Assembly (NCBI GenBank): GCA_963769605.1
Contig: CAVYML010000005.1
Span: 1,309-65,308, forward strand
Direction: 5' to 3'
From: Ignavibacteriota bacterium
Lineage (GTDB): Bacteria > Bacteroidota > Ignavibacteria > UBA10030
Length of the DNA stretch: 64,000 nt
Part shown: positions 1-11,607 of the stretch, one piece after another
Layout of the letters: each line of letters begins with the position of its first letter
How positions within the stretch are numbered: position 1 is the stretch's first letter
Position numbers and translations under genes: made by a program
The notes under the pieces: model-generated
Told to the model about the DNA's origin: nothing
Database searches by the model: none
What the model saw: the letters and a program-made list of their open reading frames with translations, nothing else

Positions 1-64
1 TCTTCTTGTTTTAGGCGTCAAATATGGCTATATTTCAATGATTAATCATTGTCAAAAGGAATAT

Positions 65-3000
65 ATGCTGGACTTTTTTAAAAATTTATTCGGCTCGAAA
101 CATGAGCATGACGTCGAAATTCTCTACCCCCTTGTTGAAGAAATTAATGCGCATTTCGAAAAGCTTCAAACACTCTCCGATGAAGAATTAAAAGCGAAAA
201 CTGCGGAATTCAAGAGTAAACTTTCGGATGCAGTCCATCCTGTTCGAGAAGCAATTGAAAAAGCAAAGGAAGATTTAAAAACGGTCGTTACGTTCGAAGA
301 ACGGGAACACCTGTACAATATGATCGACGATTTGAACGCCGAACTCGATCGGAAAATTGAAGACACGCTGGAGGAGCTTTTGCCGGAAGCGTTTGCCGTC
401 GTAAAGGATGCATGCAGGCGGTTAGTCGGACAGTCATGGGATGCTGCAGGAAATAAAATTGTTTGGGATATGATTCCCTTTGACGTCCAGTTAATTGGCG
501 GCATAGTTTTGCATCAAGGAAAAATTGCAGAAATGGCGACGGGAGAGGGAAAAACCCTTGTTGCAACTCTCCCGTGTTATCTCAATGCGCTTTCCGGCAG
601 AGGCGTACATGTCGTTACAGTGAACGATTATCTTGCCGAACGCGATAGTTTATGGATGGGAAAAGTATTCGAATTTCTTGGATTGACTGTAGGCTGTATT
701 CTTCAAAATATGGATCCGCAGCACCGGCGAATCCATTATGGAATGGATATCACATACGGCACAAATAACGAATTCGGCTTCGATTATTTGCGCGACAATA
801 TGGTGGTCAACGCAGAAGAAATGGTGCAGCGGCCTTATAATTACGCTATTGTCGATGAAGTCGATTCCGTGTTGATCGACGAAGCCCGTACACCGCTTAT
901 TATCAGCGGGCCGGTCGCATCGGAAGATCATAAATTCGATGAAATGAAACCTTACATCGAACGGCTTTACAAGGCGCAGCTCAACTTAGTTGCCAAGATC
1001 ACATCCGAAGCGGAGATTCTCGTGCAGCAGCAGCGTGCAGAGGAAGCGGGAGTATTGCTGCTGCGTGCGCAGCGCGGATTGCCCAAGAATAAAAAACTTC
1101 TCAAATTGTTTTCGGAGCCCTCAAATAAAACTCTGTCGCAAAAAACAGAAAATACATATTTGCAGGATCAAGGCGTGCGCATGCATGAAATAGACGACGA
1201 GCTCTATTTCGCCATCGATGAAAAATCGCATGTCATCGACCTGACCGACAAAGGACGTGAATTTCTTGCTCAGGCATATCACGGCAACGACAAAGATATT
1301 TTTATCATTCCGGACATAGGTACGGAATTGAGCCTTATTGAAGGCGACGATTCTCTTTCTTTTGACGAGAAGCAGCGGAAAAAAGATGACGCCAATAAAT
1401 TATTCGCCGAACGCAACGATCGAATTCATACAATTCTCCAGCTCTTGCGCGCTTATTGCCTCTATGAGAAAGACGTAGAATACGTGGTCTCAGATGACGG
1501 CAAGATTATGATCGTCGATGAATTTACGGGACGCTTGTTGTCCGGGCGGCGCTATTCCGAAGGATTGCATCAAGCGATCGAAGCAAAAGAAGGTGTTAAA
1601 GTCGAACGGGACACTCAAACGCTTGCTACAGTGACGCTGCAAAACTATTTCCGCATGTATAAAAAGCTTTCCGGTATGACCGGAACAGCGGAAACCGAAG
1701 CACCTGAATTCTTCGATATTTATAAATTGGATGTCGTTGTTGTTCCGACCAACAAACCGATGGTACGGGATGATGAAGACGATCATGTTTTTAAAACAAA
1801 ACGTGAAAAATATAATGCGGTCATCGGTGAAATAGAGCGCCTCAGGGAAAAGCAGCAGCCTGTACTTGTCGGTACGACAAGCGTCGATGTTTCGGAAACC
1901 ATCAGTCGGATGCTTAAGAGGAAGGGCATTCCGCATAATGTGCTGAATGCAAAGCAGCATCAGAGGGAAGCGGAGGTCGTTGCACATGCCGGACTTCCGG
2001 GCGGTGTAACAATCTCGACGAACATGGCAGGCCGTGGAACGGATATTAAACTTGGGCCCGGTGTAACGGAAGTCGGCGGGCTGCGCATCATAGGAACGGA
2101 ACGTCATGAATCGCGCCGTATTGATCGTCAGTTGCGCGGACGCGCAGGACGTCAGGGAGATCCGGGCTCCTCACGTTTTTATCTATCTCTTGAAGACGAT
2201 CTGATGCGCCTTTTCGGGAGCGAGCGGATTGCACGGGTTATGGAACGCATGGGACTCGATGAGGGAGAAGTTATTCAGCATCCGATGATCACACGATCCG
2301 TCGAACGCGCACAGAAAAAAGTAGAAGAGAACAATTACGGCATACGAAAGCGTTTATTGGAATACGACGATGTGATGAACCAGCAGCGGGAAGTAATCTA
2401 TTCGCGCAGGCGACATGCCCTTCTGGGTGAACGAATAAGAGACGACATCTTCGATATGCTTCATGAAGCTTCAGTCAACATTACACGAAAATACTATGGT
2501 GATGGAAACATCGATGAATTGAAAAATGAAGTCCGTGCGCGGTTTTTGGTTGATCTTGCAATAAATGCGGATCAATTTCAACGGCTCGGCGAAAAAGGGG
2601 TAAGTGATGAAGTTGAAAAATCCGCACAGGAATTTTATCTTCGGAAAGAAGAACAGCTTGGTCCGGTGTTAATGGGGACTCTGGAAAAAATGGCAATGAT
2701 GCAGGTGATCGATGCAAAATGGCGCGATCATTTGAGGGAAATGGACGATCTGAAAGAAGGAATTCACCTCCGGGGATACGGTCAAAAAGATCCTTTGCTC
2801 GAATACAAAACAGAAGCTTTCAATATGTTTTTGGAGCTGATGGATTTGATCTCTGCAGAGGTTCTCGATCTGGTCTTTAAACTGTACCCGGAACGACCGG
2901 AACAGCTGCCTTCCCATCGTCCGCGCAAAGCTCCCCGCCGGGAAGAGATGGTTCTAACGCATGACTCCGCCGCGGGAGCTGGTTTTGCATCGAATAAAGA

Positions 3001-3142
3001 ATCCGCAAGCGGTGAAGCGCAAAAATCCGGCAAATCTGCACCGCCTAAGGTTCAAACAATTCATGCAGCGGAAAAAGTGGGCAGAAATGAACCGTGTCCC
3101 TGCGGCAGCGGGAAAAAATATAAAAATTGCCATGGAGCTTAG
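65..3142 (+). CDS. secA: Preprotein translocase ATPase SecA
   Basis: MATGEGKT Walker [31 protein letters not shown] and C-terminal [20 protein letters not shown] at 65 follows an AAAGGA RBS; the ORF track starts at 38. Confidence 0.98.
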   Translation: MLDFFKNLFGSKHEHDVEILYPLVEEINAHFEKLQTLSDEELKAKTAEFKSKLSDAVHPVREAIEKAKEDLKTVVTFEEREHLYNMIDDLNAELDRKIEDTLEELLPEAFAVVKDACRRLVGQSWDAAGNKIVWDMIPFDVQLIGGIVLHQGKIAEMATGEGKTLVATLPCYLNALSGRGVHVVTVNDYLAERDSLWMGKVFEFLGLTVGCILQNMDPQHRRIHYGMDITYGTNNEFGFDYLRDNMVVNAEEMVQRPYNYAIVDEVDSVLIDEARTPLIISGPVASEDHKFDEMKPYIERLYKAQLNLVAKITSEAEILVQQQRAEEAGVLLLRAQRGLPKNKKLLKLFSEPSNKTLSQKTENTYLQDQGVRMHEIDDELYFAIDEKSHVIDLTDKGREFLAQAYHGNDKDIFIIPDIGTELSLIEGDDSLSFDEKQRKKDDANKLFAERNDRIHTILQLLRAYCLYEKDVEYVVSDDGKIMIVDEFTGRLLSGRRYSEGLHQAIEAKEGVKVERDTQTLATVTLQNYFRMYKKLSGMTGTAETEAPEFFDIYKLDVVVVPTNKPMVRDDEDDHVFKTKREKYNAVIGEIERLREKQQPVLVGTTSVDVSETISRMLKRKGIPHNVLNAKQHQREAEVVAHAGLPGGVTISTNMAGRGTDIKLGPGVTEVGGLRIIGTERHESRRIDRQLRGRAGRQGDPGSSRFYLSLEDDLMRLFGSERIARVMERMGLDEGEVIQHPMITRSVERAQKKVEENNYGIRKRLLEYDDVMNQQREVIYSRRRHALLGERIRDDIFDMLHEASVNITRKYYGDGNIDELKNEVRARFLVDLAINADQFQRLGEKGVSDEVEKSAQEFYLRKEEQLGPVLMGTLEKMAMMQVIDAKWRDHLREMDDLKEGIHLRGYGQKDPLLEYKTEAFNMFLELMDLISAEVLDLVFKLYPERPEQLPSHRPRKAPRREEMVLTHDSAAGAGFASNKESASGEAQKSGKSAPPKVQTIHAAEKVGRNEPCPCGSGKKYKNCHGA

Positions 3143-3147
3143 GAAGT

Positions 3148-3578
<431 letters not shown>

Positions 3579-3595
3579 AATTGCGAATCGCAAAG

Positions 3596-3633
3596 AAGTT
3601 CTTAGTTCTTAGTTCTTAGTGCTTGGTGCCTAG
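3596..3633. repeat. Heptamer tandem array (TTCTTAG)n, interrupted by the IS
   Basis: ttcttag ttcttag ttcttag tgcttgg tgcctag; the period resumes as tgctta after the IS (5500-5505). Confidence 0.85.
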
Positions 3634-5495
3634 AGACTTGGTCGAAAAGTGATTTTTATTAAAGAATATTTTGGTGAACGGACGGTCATGTATTATATTT
3701 GTATAGAAAATAGATTTATCGTCTCTCACTAAGAGAAAATCATATTATGTTAGGCAAACAAAACCCACAAAGCAATTTATTCCTGCCGGAGAATCGTCTT
3801 CGCCAGAAGATAGGCAAAGAAAGCTTTTACGTATTTTTAAGCGATCACCGGCATGAAATCTTTAACGATGAAGACTTTTCGTTCTTATATTGCCCGGATA
3901 ATGGCCGTGAAAGCGTTCCCCCAAGTTTATTGGCAAGTGCCTTGCTTCTCCAATCGTATGACCGAGTATCGGATCAAGAAGCAGCCGACCGCGCAAAATT
4001 CGATCAACGCTGGCAGGTAGCGCTTGGTGTTGGTGATGAAGAACAGCCGTTTGCGAAGAGTACGTTGTGCCTGTTTCGTAATCAATTGATCATCCATAAT
4101 AAAGGGAAAATGATATTCACCAAGGCCTTGAACTTACTTGCTCAAAAAGGTTATACAAGAAAGAATAAAAAAACCTTCGCAATTGACACGACACCGATAT
4201 TTGGGCGCGGCGCGGTTGAAGACACCTTTAACATGTTGGCGGAAGGACTTCGACAAACGCTGAAAGTTCTTGCGCAGATTGCAGAACAACCGATTGAAGA
4301 CTATTCTCAAGCCAATGATTTTTCCCGCTACAGTGCGTCGAGCTTTAAAGGTACCTGGACGATTGATTGGGATAACGACAACCAACGACAGATCGTTTTG
4401 AATTGTATCGTTGCTGATTGTCGAAGAGTGCTGGCTATGGCTTCAGAGACACTTTCATCATTGGACAAAGAGAGCGACGAGGCTCATGATCTTCTTCGGG
4501 CGACAGAATTATTGAGTAAGCTCTTAGCACAGGATATTCGCGAAAAAATGCCGGAGAAGGCAGAGATTATCGATGGTGTCGCCAAAGATAGAATTATCTC
4601 TGTTCATGACCCCGAGATGCGCCATGGGCGCAAGAGTGCCAGCCAACGTTTCGATGGATACAAGGCGGCGATAGCCGTTGACACAGATACTCAAGTGATT
4701 GCCGAAGTTGATGTTGTTCCGGGCAATGCACATGATAGTGTGGATGCTCCGGCGGTGATTAAAGAAGCGGCGAAGAATCTTGATGCCGAAATCGAAAATG
4801 TTCTTGGAGACGGCGCTTATGGAACAGTAGAAGCACGCTTGGATGCTGATGCACACAAGTATAATCTTATCGCTCCGGTAGGACGTGCTCCGCAAACAGG
4901 ACGATTCACGAAAGAGGATTTTAAGATTGACCTTGAAGGCGAATCAGTCACATGTCCGGCCGGGGAGACAACTACGTGTTGGAATGTGCAAAAAGTAACG
5001 ACACAACGCGGAACAACCTTTAAAAACAAAAGTTTCAAGTTCTCTGTCAGGCAATGTTGCCGTTGTTCATTCAGGAGTCAATGTCTCAAGGAGAAGACTC
5101 CGTGCCGAAGTGTGTTGGTGCATGAATATGAAGCGCTCATACGAGAGAAAAAGCTATTTCAAAGAACGGAAGAATATCATCAGATGTATCGCAAGCGAGT
5201 AGTCGTTGAACATCGCTTTGCACGATTGGTACGCCTTGGCATACGCAACGCACGTTATTTTGGGATGAAGAAAGTTCTCTTTCAGCTTGCGATGGCGGCT
5301 GCTGTGGCCAATTTGACGCTGTTTGCGTCAGTGGCGTCATTCTCTCTATTCTTTATTGCAGCGTTGCTCATTTTTGCTCTTTGGCTCGCTCTAAATCTTC
5401 AGAGGATGATTTATAGGCAACTGAATTTTCAGACGGTGATCTGATCACTCCTACTTTTTAAACTCTTGAAAAAAGGGGGGTTCTCGACCGAGTCT
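3634..5495 (+). mobile_element. IS1182-family insertion sequence, apparently intact
   Basis: Terminal inverted repeats GAGACTTGGTCGAAAA (3633-3648) and TTCTCGACCGAGTCTC (5481-5496), 14/16 match. CTAG on both sides (3630-3633, 5496-5499) is the likely target duplication; a TA duplication with ends 3633/5496 is the alternative reading. Confidence 0.9.
3747..5444 (+). CDS. IS1182-family DDE transposase
   Basis: N-terminal GRESVPP...SDQEA region (DUF772-like), IDTT, SVHDPEMRHGRK, GDGAYG, CPAG...C..C...C insert, YRKRVVVEHRFA. Confidence 0.9.
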   Translation: MLGKQNPQSNLFLPENRLRQKIGKESFYVFLSDHRHEIFNDEDFSFLYCPDNGRESVPPSLLASALLLQSYDRVSDQEAADRAKFDQRWQVALGVGDEEQPFAKSTLCLFRNQLIIHNKGKMIFTKALNLLAQKGYTRKNKKTFAIDTTPIFGRGAVEDTFNMLAEGLRQTLKVLAQIAEQPIEDYSQANDFSRYSASSFKGTWTIDWDNDNQRQIVLNCIVADCRRVLAMASETLSSLDKESDEAHDLLRATELLSKLLAQDIREKMPEKAEIIDGVAKDRIISVHDPEMRHGRKSASQRFDGYKAAIAVDTDTQVIAEVDVVPGNAHDSVDAPAVIKEAAKNLDAEIENVLGDGAYGTVEARLDADAHKYNLIAPVGRAPQTGRFTKEDFKIDLEGESVTCPAGETTTCWNVQKVTTQRGTTFKNKSFKFSVRQCCRCSFRSQCLKEKTPCRSVLVHEYEALIREKKLFQRTEEYHQMYRKRVVVEHRFARLVRLGIRNARYFGMKKVLFQLAMAAAVANLTLFASVASFSLFFIAALLIFALWLALNLQRMIYRQLNFQTVI

Positions 5496-5586
5496 CTAGT
5501 GCTTATATATGATGGCTGTAAATCATGATCTATAAACTTGAGACTGAATCCTGTTTACAGGGAATAACTTTTTTGGATTTCCGGCT

Positions 5587-5624
5587 GAACTAAGAACCAA
5601 GAACCACGAACTAAGAACTAAATA
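5587..5624. repeat. Heptamer tandem array (GAACTAA)n
   Basis: gaactaa gaaccaa gaaccac gaactaa gaactaa; complementary to the 3596-3633 array. Confidence 0.85.
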
Positions 5625-5627
5625 GAT

Positions 5628-6545
5628 ATGGATCCTAAAGAACATTACAAGGCCGGCTACGCCGCACTGATTGGCGAACCGAATGTCGGAAAATCCACTT
5701 TACTCAATGCGATTCTTAAACAAAAGCTCGCTCTTGTCGGGAATAAGCCTCAGACAACTCGGCAGAGCGTTTTGGGAATAGCCAGCACAGATATATATCA
5801 AATCGTTTTCCTGGACACTCCGGGCATCATTGAGCCGACATACCTGCTTCAGCGCGAAATGATGAAACATTCTTCCCGTGCATTGGAAGAGGCAGACGTG
5901 ATTGTTGCTCTGGCAGATGCATACAATGAAGGAAAACTGCCGGAGGTAGTTCAGAGAAGGCTGGCGGTTTATGAAAAGAAAAAACCGATTCTTTTAGTTC
6001 TGAATAAAATAGATTTGCTGGAAGATCCCGCCATAGAGCATCTGGTGCAGAAACAAATTGAACTCGCCCTCTATGAAGGAGTTATACCGCTCTCTGCTTT
6101 AAAAAGGAAAAACGTAGATTCCTTAGAACAGGCGCTGGTACGTCTGATGCCCGTGCATCCTCCATATTATCCGAAAGATATCGCCAGCGAACATCCGGAA
6201 CGTTTCTTTGCCGCAGAATTTATACGCGAAAAAATATTCGAACAATTTTCGGAAGAAATTCCATATGCAACCGCTGTGGATATTCGTGAATTTAAAGAAC
6301 GCGAATCGGGAAAAACATATATCAATGCGGATATTGTCGTCGAACGGGACTCACAGAAGGGAATTCTAATCGGGAAAAATGGACGGGCTCTCAAGATGCT
6401 CGGACAATCTGCCCGAAAAGAAATCGAGTCGTTTTTACAGCATCCCGTGTTCCTGGAATTGCATGTAACCGTAAGGAAAGGCTGGAGAGATAATGCGGCA
6501 ATGATGCAGCGTTTCGGTTACAGGCTCGAAGAAGGAAAAAAATGA
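5628..6545 (+). CDS. era: GTPase Era
   Basis: GEPNVGKST, PQTTR, DTPG, NKID, KH domain SQKGILIGKNG. Confidence 0.97.
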   Translation: MDPKEHYKAGYAALIGEPNVGKSTLLNAILKQKLALVGNKPQTTRQSVLGIASTDIYQIVFLDTPGIIEPTYLLQREMMKHSSRALEEADVIVALADAYNEGKLPEVVQRRLAVYEKKKPILLVLNKIDLLEDPAIEHLVQKQIELALYEGVIPLSALKRKNVDSLEQALVRLMPVHPPYYPKDIASEHPERFFAAEFIREKIFEQFSEEIPYATAVDIREFKERESGKTYINADIVVERDSQKGILIGKNGRALKMLGQSARKEIESFLQHPVFLELHVTVRKGWRDNAAMMQRFGYRLEEGKK

Positions 6546-7435
6546 TGACTGTGCGCCAGAAAGCGTTTGCAGGCTTTGTGATAGTTTGCTTAATATGGGG
6601 ATCGACATGGGCTGCAGTGCGCATTGGACTGCATTCCATCCCGCCCGTTCTTTCTGCAGGACTCCGATTCGCTCTTGCTTCAATCGTTCTTTGGGTTTTT
6701 ATGAAATGGAAAGGATACAATTTTCCGCACACGCGAAAATTTTGGATGTTGATCATCATCTTGTGCCTGACCGCATTTTCGCTGCCGTTCGGGCTTATCT
6801 ATTGGGGTCAGGCTCGCGTCGATTCGGGGATTTCCTCGGTTCTGTTTGCAACTTTTCCGTTTTGGGTGGCGTTGCTTTCACATTTTCTCCTTTCCGGAGA
6901 ACGGCTGACACTACGGCGCATTGCCGGGATCGCTGTCGGATTCTGCGGCGTTCTCATGATTTTACAACCGGTTGTTTCCGAAAACTCAGTGAATATTCCC
7001 GGTACATTAGCTATTCTGGCGGGAGCTTTTTTGCAGGCAATAGCATTGATTGCCATCCGCAAGTATGGACAAGAATATAATAGTGTCGTCTTGAATTTGT
7101 ATTCTATGCTATTCAGCTCGGTTCTCTTGATGGGTTGGAGCATGCTCATAGAGAATTACTCACATATCGAAATAGATGGTGCAGCGGTTTTTTCCATATT
7201 ATATTTGGCACTATTCGGAACAGTGCTGTCGTTTGTTATTTACTTCTGGATGGCAAAGCATGTAGAAGTGATCGTGCTCTCACTTTCCGCCTTTATCACG
7301 CCAGTCGTTGCACTTTTGACAGGCGTTCTTTTACTCAACGAAAAAATTGCTGCAAATGCTTATTCCGGATCTTTTCTCGTTCTTCTGGGAGTTCTCATGG
7401 CAAGCGGTGCTGCGGTGCAAAGAGTTGTAAACTAG
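6542..7435 (+). CDS. EamA/DMT family transporter
   Basis: IWGSTW motif, about 10 hydrophobic segments in two repeats. Confidence 0.9.
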   Translation: MMTVRQKAFAGFVIVCLIWGSTWAAVRIGLHSIPPVLSAGLRFALASIVLWVFMKWKGYNFPHTRKFWMLIIILCLTAFSLPFGLIYWGQARVDSGISSVLFATFPFWVALLSHFLLSGERLTLRRIAGIAVGFCGVLMILQPVVSENSVNIPGTLAILAGAFLQAIALIAIRKYGQEYNSVVLNLYSMLFSSVLLMGWSMLIENYSHIEIDGAAVFSILYLALFGTVLSFVIYFWMAKHVEVIVLSLSAFITPVVALLTGVLLLNEKIAANAYSGSFLVLLGVLMASGAAVQRVVN

Positions 7436-7491
7436 CCGGAGGCCTGATAATGTTATTACGCGACAGCGTAATTCAAATTAGGAAGCAGGCG

Positions 7492-7585
7492 GTAAGCTGT
7501 AAACTGTGAACTGTTAACAGTTAACAGTAAACTGTAAACAGTAAATAGTAAACTAAACAACTAAATAACAGCAACACGGCAACAC
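7492..7585. repeat. Stacked heptamer (GTAAACW-like) and octamer tandem arrays
   Basis: gtaagct gtaaact gtgaact gttaaca gttaaca gtaaact gtaaaca gtaaata gtaaact, then aaacaact aaataaca gcaacacg gcaacac. Confidence 0.85.
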
Positions 7586-7600
7586 CTTGAATTTTGAACC

Positions 7601-9466
7601 ATGAACATTGAACCTGACAATATCGATTCGGGACTCTTTGCTGGCGATCTTCCCTTGCAGGAGAAGCTCGAAGCCTTGCCTCAAAAACCGGGAGTGTACC
7701 GATTCAAAGACACTTCAGGTACCGTTTTATATGTTGGAAAAGCTCAAAACCTCCGTTCACGCGTTCGGCAGTATTTTCAAAAGTCACGCGCAAAAGATCC
7801 GCGCATCGATGCGATGATCTCAAAAGTGCGGGATGTGGAAATAACGGTGACCGATACGGAAGTCGAAGCTTTAATACTCGAATCGAATCTTATTAAGGAA
7901 ATTAAGCCGCGTTATAACGTGGTCTTGAAAGACGACAAAAGCTATCCATATATCGTTCTTACGAATGAACCGTTTCCTCGTGTGTTCGTGACCCGGAAAA
8001 AAATCGGAAATGGTGGAAGATACTATGGCCCCTATACGGATGTGGGAATGATGCGTGCGGCGTTGAAGACCATCCGCGATATTTTCAGGATACGGAGCTG
8101 CAATTACGATCTTTCCGAAGAATCGATTGCGCATCATAAATTCAAAGTCTGCCTCGATTATCATATAAAAAAATGCGATGGCCCATGCGAAGCGTATCAA
8201 TCCCACGATGCATATACCAAGATGATTGATAAGGTAGCTCAGATATTGCGCGGCAGGATTCGTCCGGTGGTTGAATCGCTGGAGGCGGAAATGCAGAATT
8301 GCGCTGCGGCCATGCAGTTTGAAGAAGCCGCGGCTCTGCGGGATAAGATCCGTCAGTTGAACGTGTACAGGGAAAAACAAAAAATTGTCGATACACGGGA
8401 GGTCAACAGAGATGTTTTTGCTGTCGTTACAAACAATGACGACGGATGCGGTGTCTTGTTCTGCATAAGGGAAGGGAAAGTGATCGGAAGCAGACACTTT
8501 TATTTTGCAAATAGCGCTGGGAAAAACCATGGCGAACTGCTGGGATATTTGCTGGAACGCTATTATTCCGAACATGAAGATTATCCGGATGAAATTGTTC
8601 TTTCAGAAGAGTTGATCGAATCAGAAGCAATCGTCCGATGGATTGCTTCACGCGCAGGTCAAAGCGTCGGACTTTCCATTCCTGAAAAGAAAGACGATCT
8701 TCGCCTCGTCGAATTAGTTCGTCATAATGCACAGTACTGGCTCGATGAATTGCTGATTCAGCGCCGGAAAAGGGGAGAGGCTGTGCCTCATGCCGTTCAG
8801 TCTCTCCAAAACGATCTGCGGCTCGAGACTCTTCCCCGCAGAATAGAATGCTTTGATATCTCCAATATCCAGGGAAGCGATACGGTTGCTTCGATGGTTG
8901 TGTTTGTAGATGGAAAACCGAAAAAGAGTGAATATCGAAAATATCGAATCAGGACTGTTCAGGGACCTAATGATTTTGCAAGCATGCAGGAAGTGGTTCG
9001 GCGGCGATATGCTGCACTGGGAAAAGACAAAGAAGCTTCAGCCGGCCTTATCATCATCGACGGAGGCAAAGGACAGCTTTCCAGTGCTGTCGATGTGCTC
9101 CGCACACTATCTTTGCATATTCCTATAATCGGATTGGCAAAACGTCTTGAAGAAATATTTTTGCCGGGACAGGTTGAACCGATTCTATTGCCGAAAACTT
9201 CTTCAAGTTTGCGCCTCCTGCAGCAAATCCGGGATGAAGCGCATCGATTCGCCATTACTTACCATAGACAAATTCGTTCACAGAGGATATTGAGGACAGA
9301 GATAGACCTCATAAAAGGCATCGGTAAAAAAAGATCCAAGGAACTTCTCGAAGCATTCGGATCAGTTCAAGGGATTAAGTTTGCTTCGCAGGAACAACTA
9401 ACCGATGTGGTTGGAGAGTCTCTTGCTCAACATATCAAAGAATATTTTTCAGAAGATATATCATAG
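7601..9466 (+). CDS. uvrC: Excinuclease ABC subunit C
   Basis: GIY-YIG PGVY...YVGKA, Cys cluster, RIECFDISN, IDGGKGQ, RDEAHRFA, HhH tail. Confidence 0.97.
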   Translation: MNIEPDNIDSGLFAGDLPLQEKLEALPQKPGVYRFKDTSGTVLYVGKAQNLRSRVRQYFQKSRAKDPRIDAMISKVRDVEITVTDTEVEALILESNLIKEIKPRYNVVLKDDKSYPYIVLTNEPFPRVFVTRKKIGNGGRYYGPYTDVGMMRAALKTIRDIFRIRSCNYDLSEESIAHHKFKVCLDYHIKKCDGPCEAYQSHDAYTKMIDKVAQILRGRIRPVVESLEAEMQNCAAAMQFEEAAALRDKIRQLNVYREKQKIVDTREVNRDVFAVVTNNDDGCGVLFCIREGKVIGSRHFYFANSAGKNHGELLGYLLERYYSEHEDYPDEIVLSEELIESEAIVRWIASRAGQSVGLSIPEKKDDLRLVELVRHNAQYWLDELLIQRRKRGEAVPHAVQSLQNDLRLETLPRRIECFDISNIQGSDTVASMVVFVDGKPKKSEYRKYRIRTVQGPNDFASMQEVVRRRYAALGKDKEASAGLIIIDGGKGQLSSAVDVLRTLSLHIPIIGLAKRLEEIFLPGQVEPILLPKTSSSLRLLQQIRDEAHRFAITYHRQIRSQRILRTEIDLIKGIGKKRSKELLEAFGSVQGIKFASQEQLTDVVGESLAQHIKEYFSEDIS

Positions 9467-9493
9467 AAAAGTGCGAAAGTGCTGCAGTCCAAA

Positions 9494-9620
9494 GTTTGTC
9501 GGTTCGTCGGTTTGTTGGTTGTTTAGTTTAATGGTTACTTTTTAAACTGTGAACTGAAGAACAACATAACCGACTAACTGAGGAACTGAAGACAATTGCA
9601 GCACAGCAACACAGCAGCAC
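9494..9620. repeat. Paired inverted octamer arrays
   Basis: gtttgtcg gttcgtcg gtttgttg gttgttta, then aactgaag aacaacat aaccgact aactgagg aactgaag and cagcacag caacacag cagcac. Confidence 0.8.
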
Positions 9621-9672
9621 GATCTTATGAAAAGCATTGATATTCGTATTAAAATCAATTACGTTGTATTCT

Positions 9673-11511
9673 ATGAACCCTTTACATGTATTTATTCGTC
9701 TGGGGAAGTACTTTCTTAAGTATAAATGGCGCATCATCTGCGGTCTTTTTGCCGTGGCAATGATGAGCATCTCCGATACCGCATCGGCATATCTTATTGC
9801 GCGCCTGGTCGAGATTTTACAGACAATCGGTCAGCAAGTCAGGGCCGGCAAAGAAATAGCAGTTCAGGTTATCATCAATCCTTTGAATTTTAACCTCTAT
9901 TCACTTTCCATTTACGGAAAGGGACAGAGTTTTCAATTAATTTATAGATTTGCGCTGGCGGTTATAGTTATTATAGTCGTCAAAGTCGTGTTTGTCTATG
10001 TTCGCGAATATCTCATGAGTTCCGTGCAGCAGAAGATCCTTATGCGGTTTCGTATAGATCTCTATAACAGACTCGTGTTTTTACCGGTTAAATATTACGA
10101 TGAGAATAAAACCGGCTATATCATGTCCCGTATAACAAACGATGTCAATAATCTCGAACAATCACTGACCATGATTGTAGAAATGACGCAGAACGTCGTG
10201 TATACGATTGTTTTTGCTACAGCATTATTCTACACAAATTGGCAGTTGACAATTGTCTCGATTCTCCTCTTTGCATTTTCGGGAGAGATATCCAGGAAAT
10301 TCGGAGATCGTATTCGATCGCACAGCCGTAACCTTACCAATACTCTGGCCGATATTTCGTCGTTCTTACAAGAAAAAATTTCGGCTATACGCATCGTAAA
10401 ATCGTTTACAAGGGAAGAATACGAGAAAAAGATTTTCAAGCAAAAAGTGGAGACGAATTATCATTACTCGATGAAAATTGTTCGAATTATCGCTCTATTA
10501 AGCCCGACGAACGAACTCTTCAACACCGTGGCAACTTCGCTCTTAGTTATTTTTTGCGGATACCTCTTTATCCAGGGATCAATGACTATTGAAACGATGA
10601 TTTTTTTCCTTATGCTGATGATTAACCTTGCTAAACCGGTCAAAGCTCTGGGAGAAAGCGCAGCAAGAATTCAAAAGACCCTCGTTTCAGCAGGCTATAT
10701 TTTTGAAATCCTCGACCTTGAAACCGAACCTTTATACAACGAACTGCCTCAGACGAAAATAAATAATGGCGTAGTAGAATTTAAAGAAGTATCTTTCGCC
10801 TATAACGGTGAAATACAAGCGCTTAACAATATTAATTTATACGTTGCTTCAGGAGAAAAAATAGCGCTCGTTGGAGAAAGCGGAGGGGGGAAAAGCACGT
10901 TGATTAATCTTATACCTCGATTCTACGATTTAGAACACGGTAAAATCTTGATCGATGGACAGGACACGAAGGATATGGATTTATTGAGTTTAAGACGGCA
11001 AATGGCGATTGTACCGCAGGATGTCGTTCTTTTCTCCGGATCGGTCTATGATAATATTCGTTATGGACGATTGGATGCCAATGATGAGGAGATATTGGAA
11101 GCCGCACGTTATGCGAATGCCCATGCCTTTATTATAAAACTTGAAAAGGGATATGATACGGAGGTAGGAGAACGGGGGTTGCAGCTTTCTGGAGGTCAAC
11201 GGCAGCGTATTGCTATTGCACGTGCTATTTTACGCAATCCTAAGATACTCCTCCTCGATGAAGCCACTTCCGCGCTTGATACGGAGTCGGAAAGGATGGT
11301 TCAGGATGCGCTAAGCCGGCTTATGAAAGGAAGAACATCGTTTATTATCGCCCATAGACTCTCCACCATAGCCCATTGCGACCGTATTGTCGTTCTTGAG
11401 GGAGGCTCTATCGTCGAAGTGGGAACACACGAAGAACTTCTTCGGAAGAAAAAGGGAGTGTACAAACGGCTTCACTCGCTTCAATTTAATGAAAAAAAGG
11501 TTCTTGATTAG
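9673..11511 (+). CDS. msbA: MsbA-like ABC exporter (TMD+NBD), probable lipid A flippase
   Basis: GESGGGKST, LSGGQRQR, LLLDEATSALD, IAHRLST; N-terminal TMD; adjacent GT9 genes. ATG at 9673 preferred over TTG at 9637. Confidence 0.8.
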   Translation: MNPLHVFIRLGKYFLKYKWRIICGLFAVAMMSISDTASAYLIARLVEILQTIGQQVRAGKEIAVQVIINPLNFNLYSLSIYGKGQSFQLIYRFALAVIVIIVVKVVFVYVREYLMSSVQQKILMRFRIDLYNRLVFLPVKYYDENKTGYIMSRITNDVNNLEQSLTMIVEMTQNVVYTIVFATALFYTNWQLTIVSILLFAFSGEISRKFGDRIRSHSRNLTNTLADISSFLQEKISAIRIVKSFTREEYEKKIFKQKVETNYHYSMKIVRIIALLSPTNELFNTVATSLLVIFCGYLFIQGSMTIETMIFFLMLMINLAKPVKALGESAARIQKTLVSAGYIFEILDLETEPLYNELPQTKINNGVVEFKEVSFAYNGEIQALNNINLYVASGEKIALVGESGGGKSTLINLIPRFYDLEHGKILIDGQDTKDMDLLSLRRQMAIVPQDVVLFSGSVYDNIRYGRLDANDEEILEAARYANAHAFIIKLEKGYDTEVGERGLQLSGGQRQRIAIARAILRNPKILLLDEATSALDTESERMVQDALSRLMKGRTSFIIAHRLSTIAHCDRIVVLEGGSIVEVGTHEELLRKKKGVYKRLHSLQFNEKKVLD

Positions 11512-11512
11512 T

Positions 11513-11607
11513 CTGTTACTCTGTTACTTAGTTCTGATGTTTTCAGTTTGCAATTTACCGTTTACATTTTACCATTTACAATCGAAAATTGACAATTGAC
11601 AATTCAC
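11513..11607. repeat. Octamer and heptamer arrays, paired
   Basis: ctgttact x2; tttgcaa tttaccg tttacat tttacca tttacaa; then aattgac aattgac aattcac. Confidence 0.75.

Noticed and set aside
7871-8575. 234-aa minus-strand ORF (likewise 1490-2107 and 29298-29852)
   Set aside because: Antisense shadows of uvrC, secA and mutS2.
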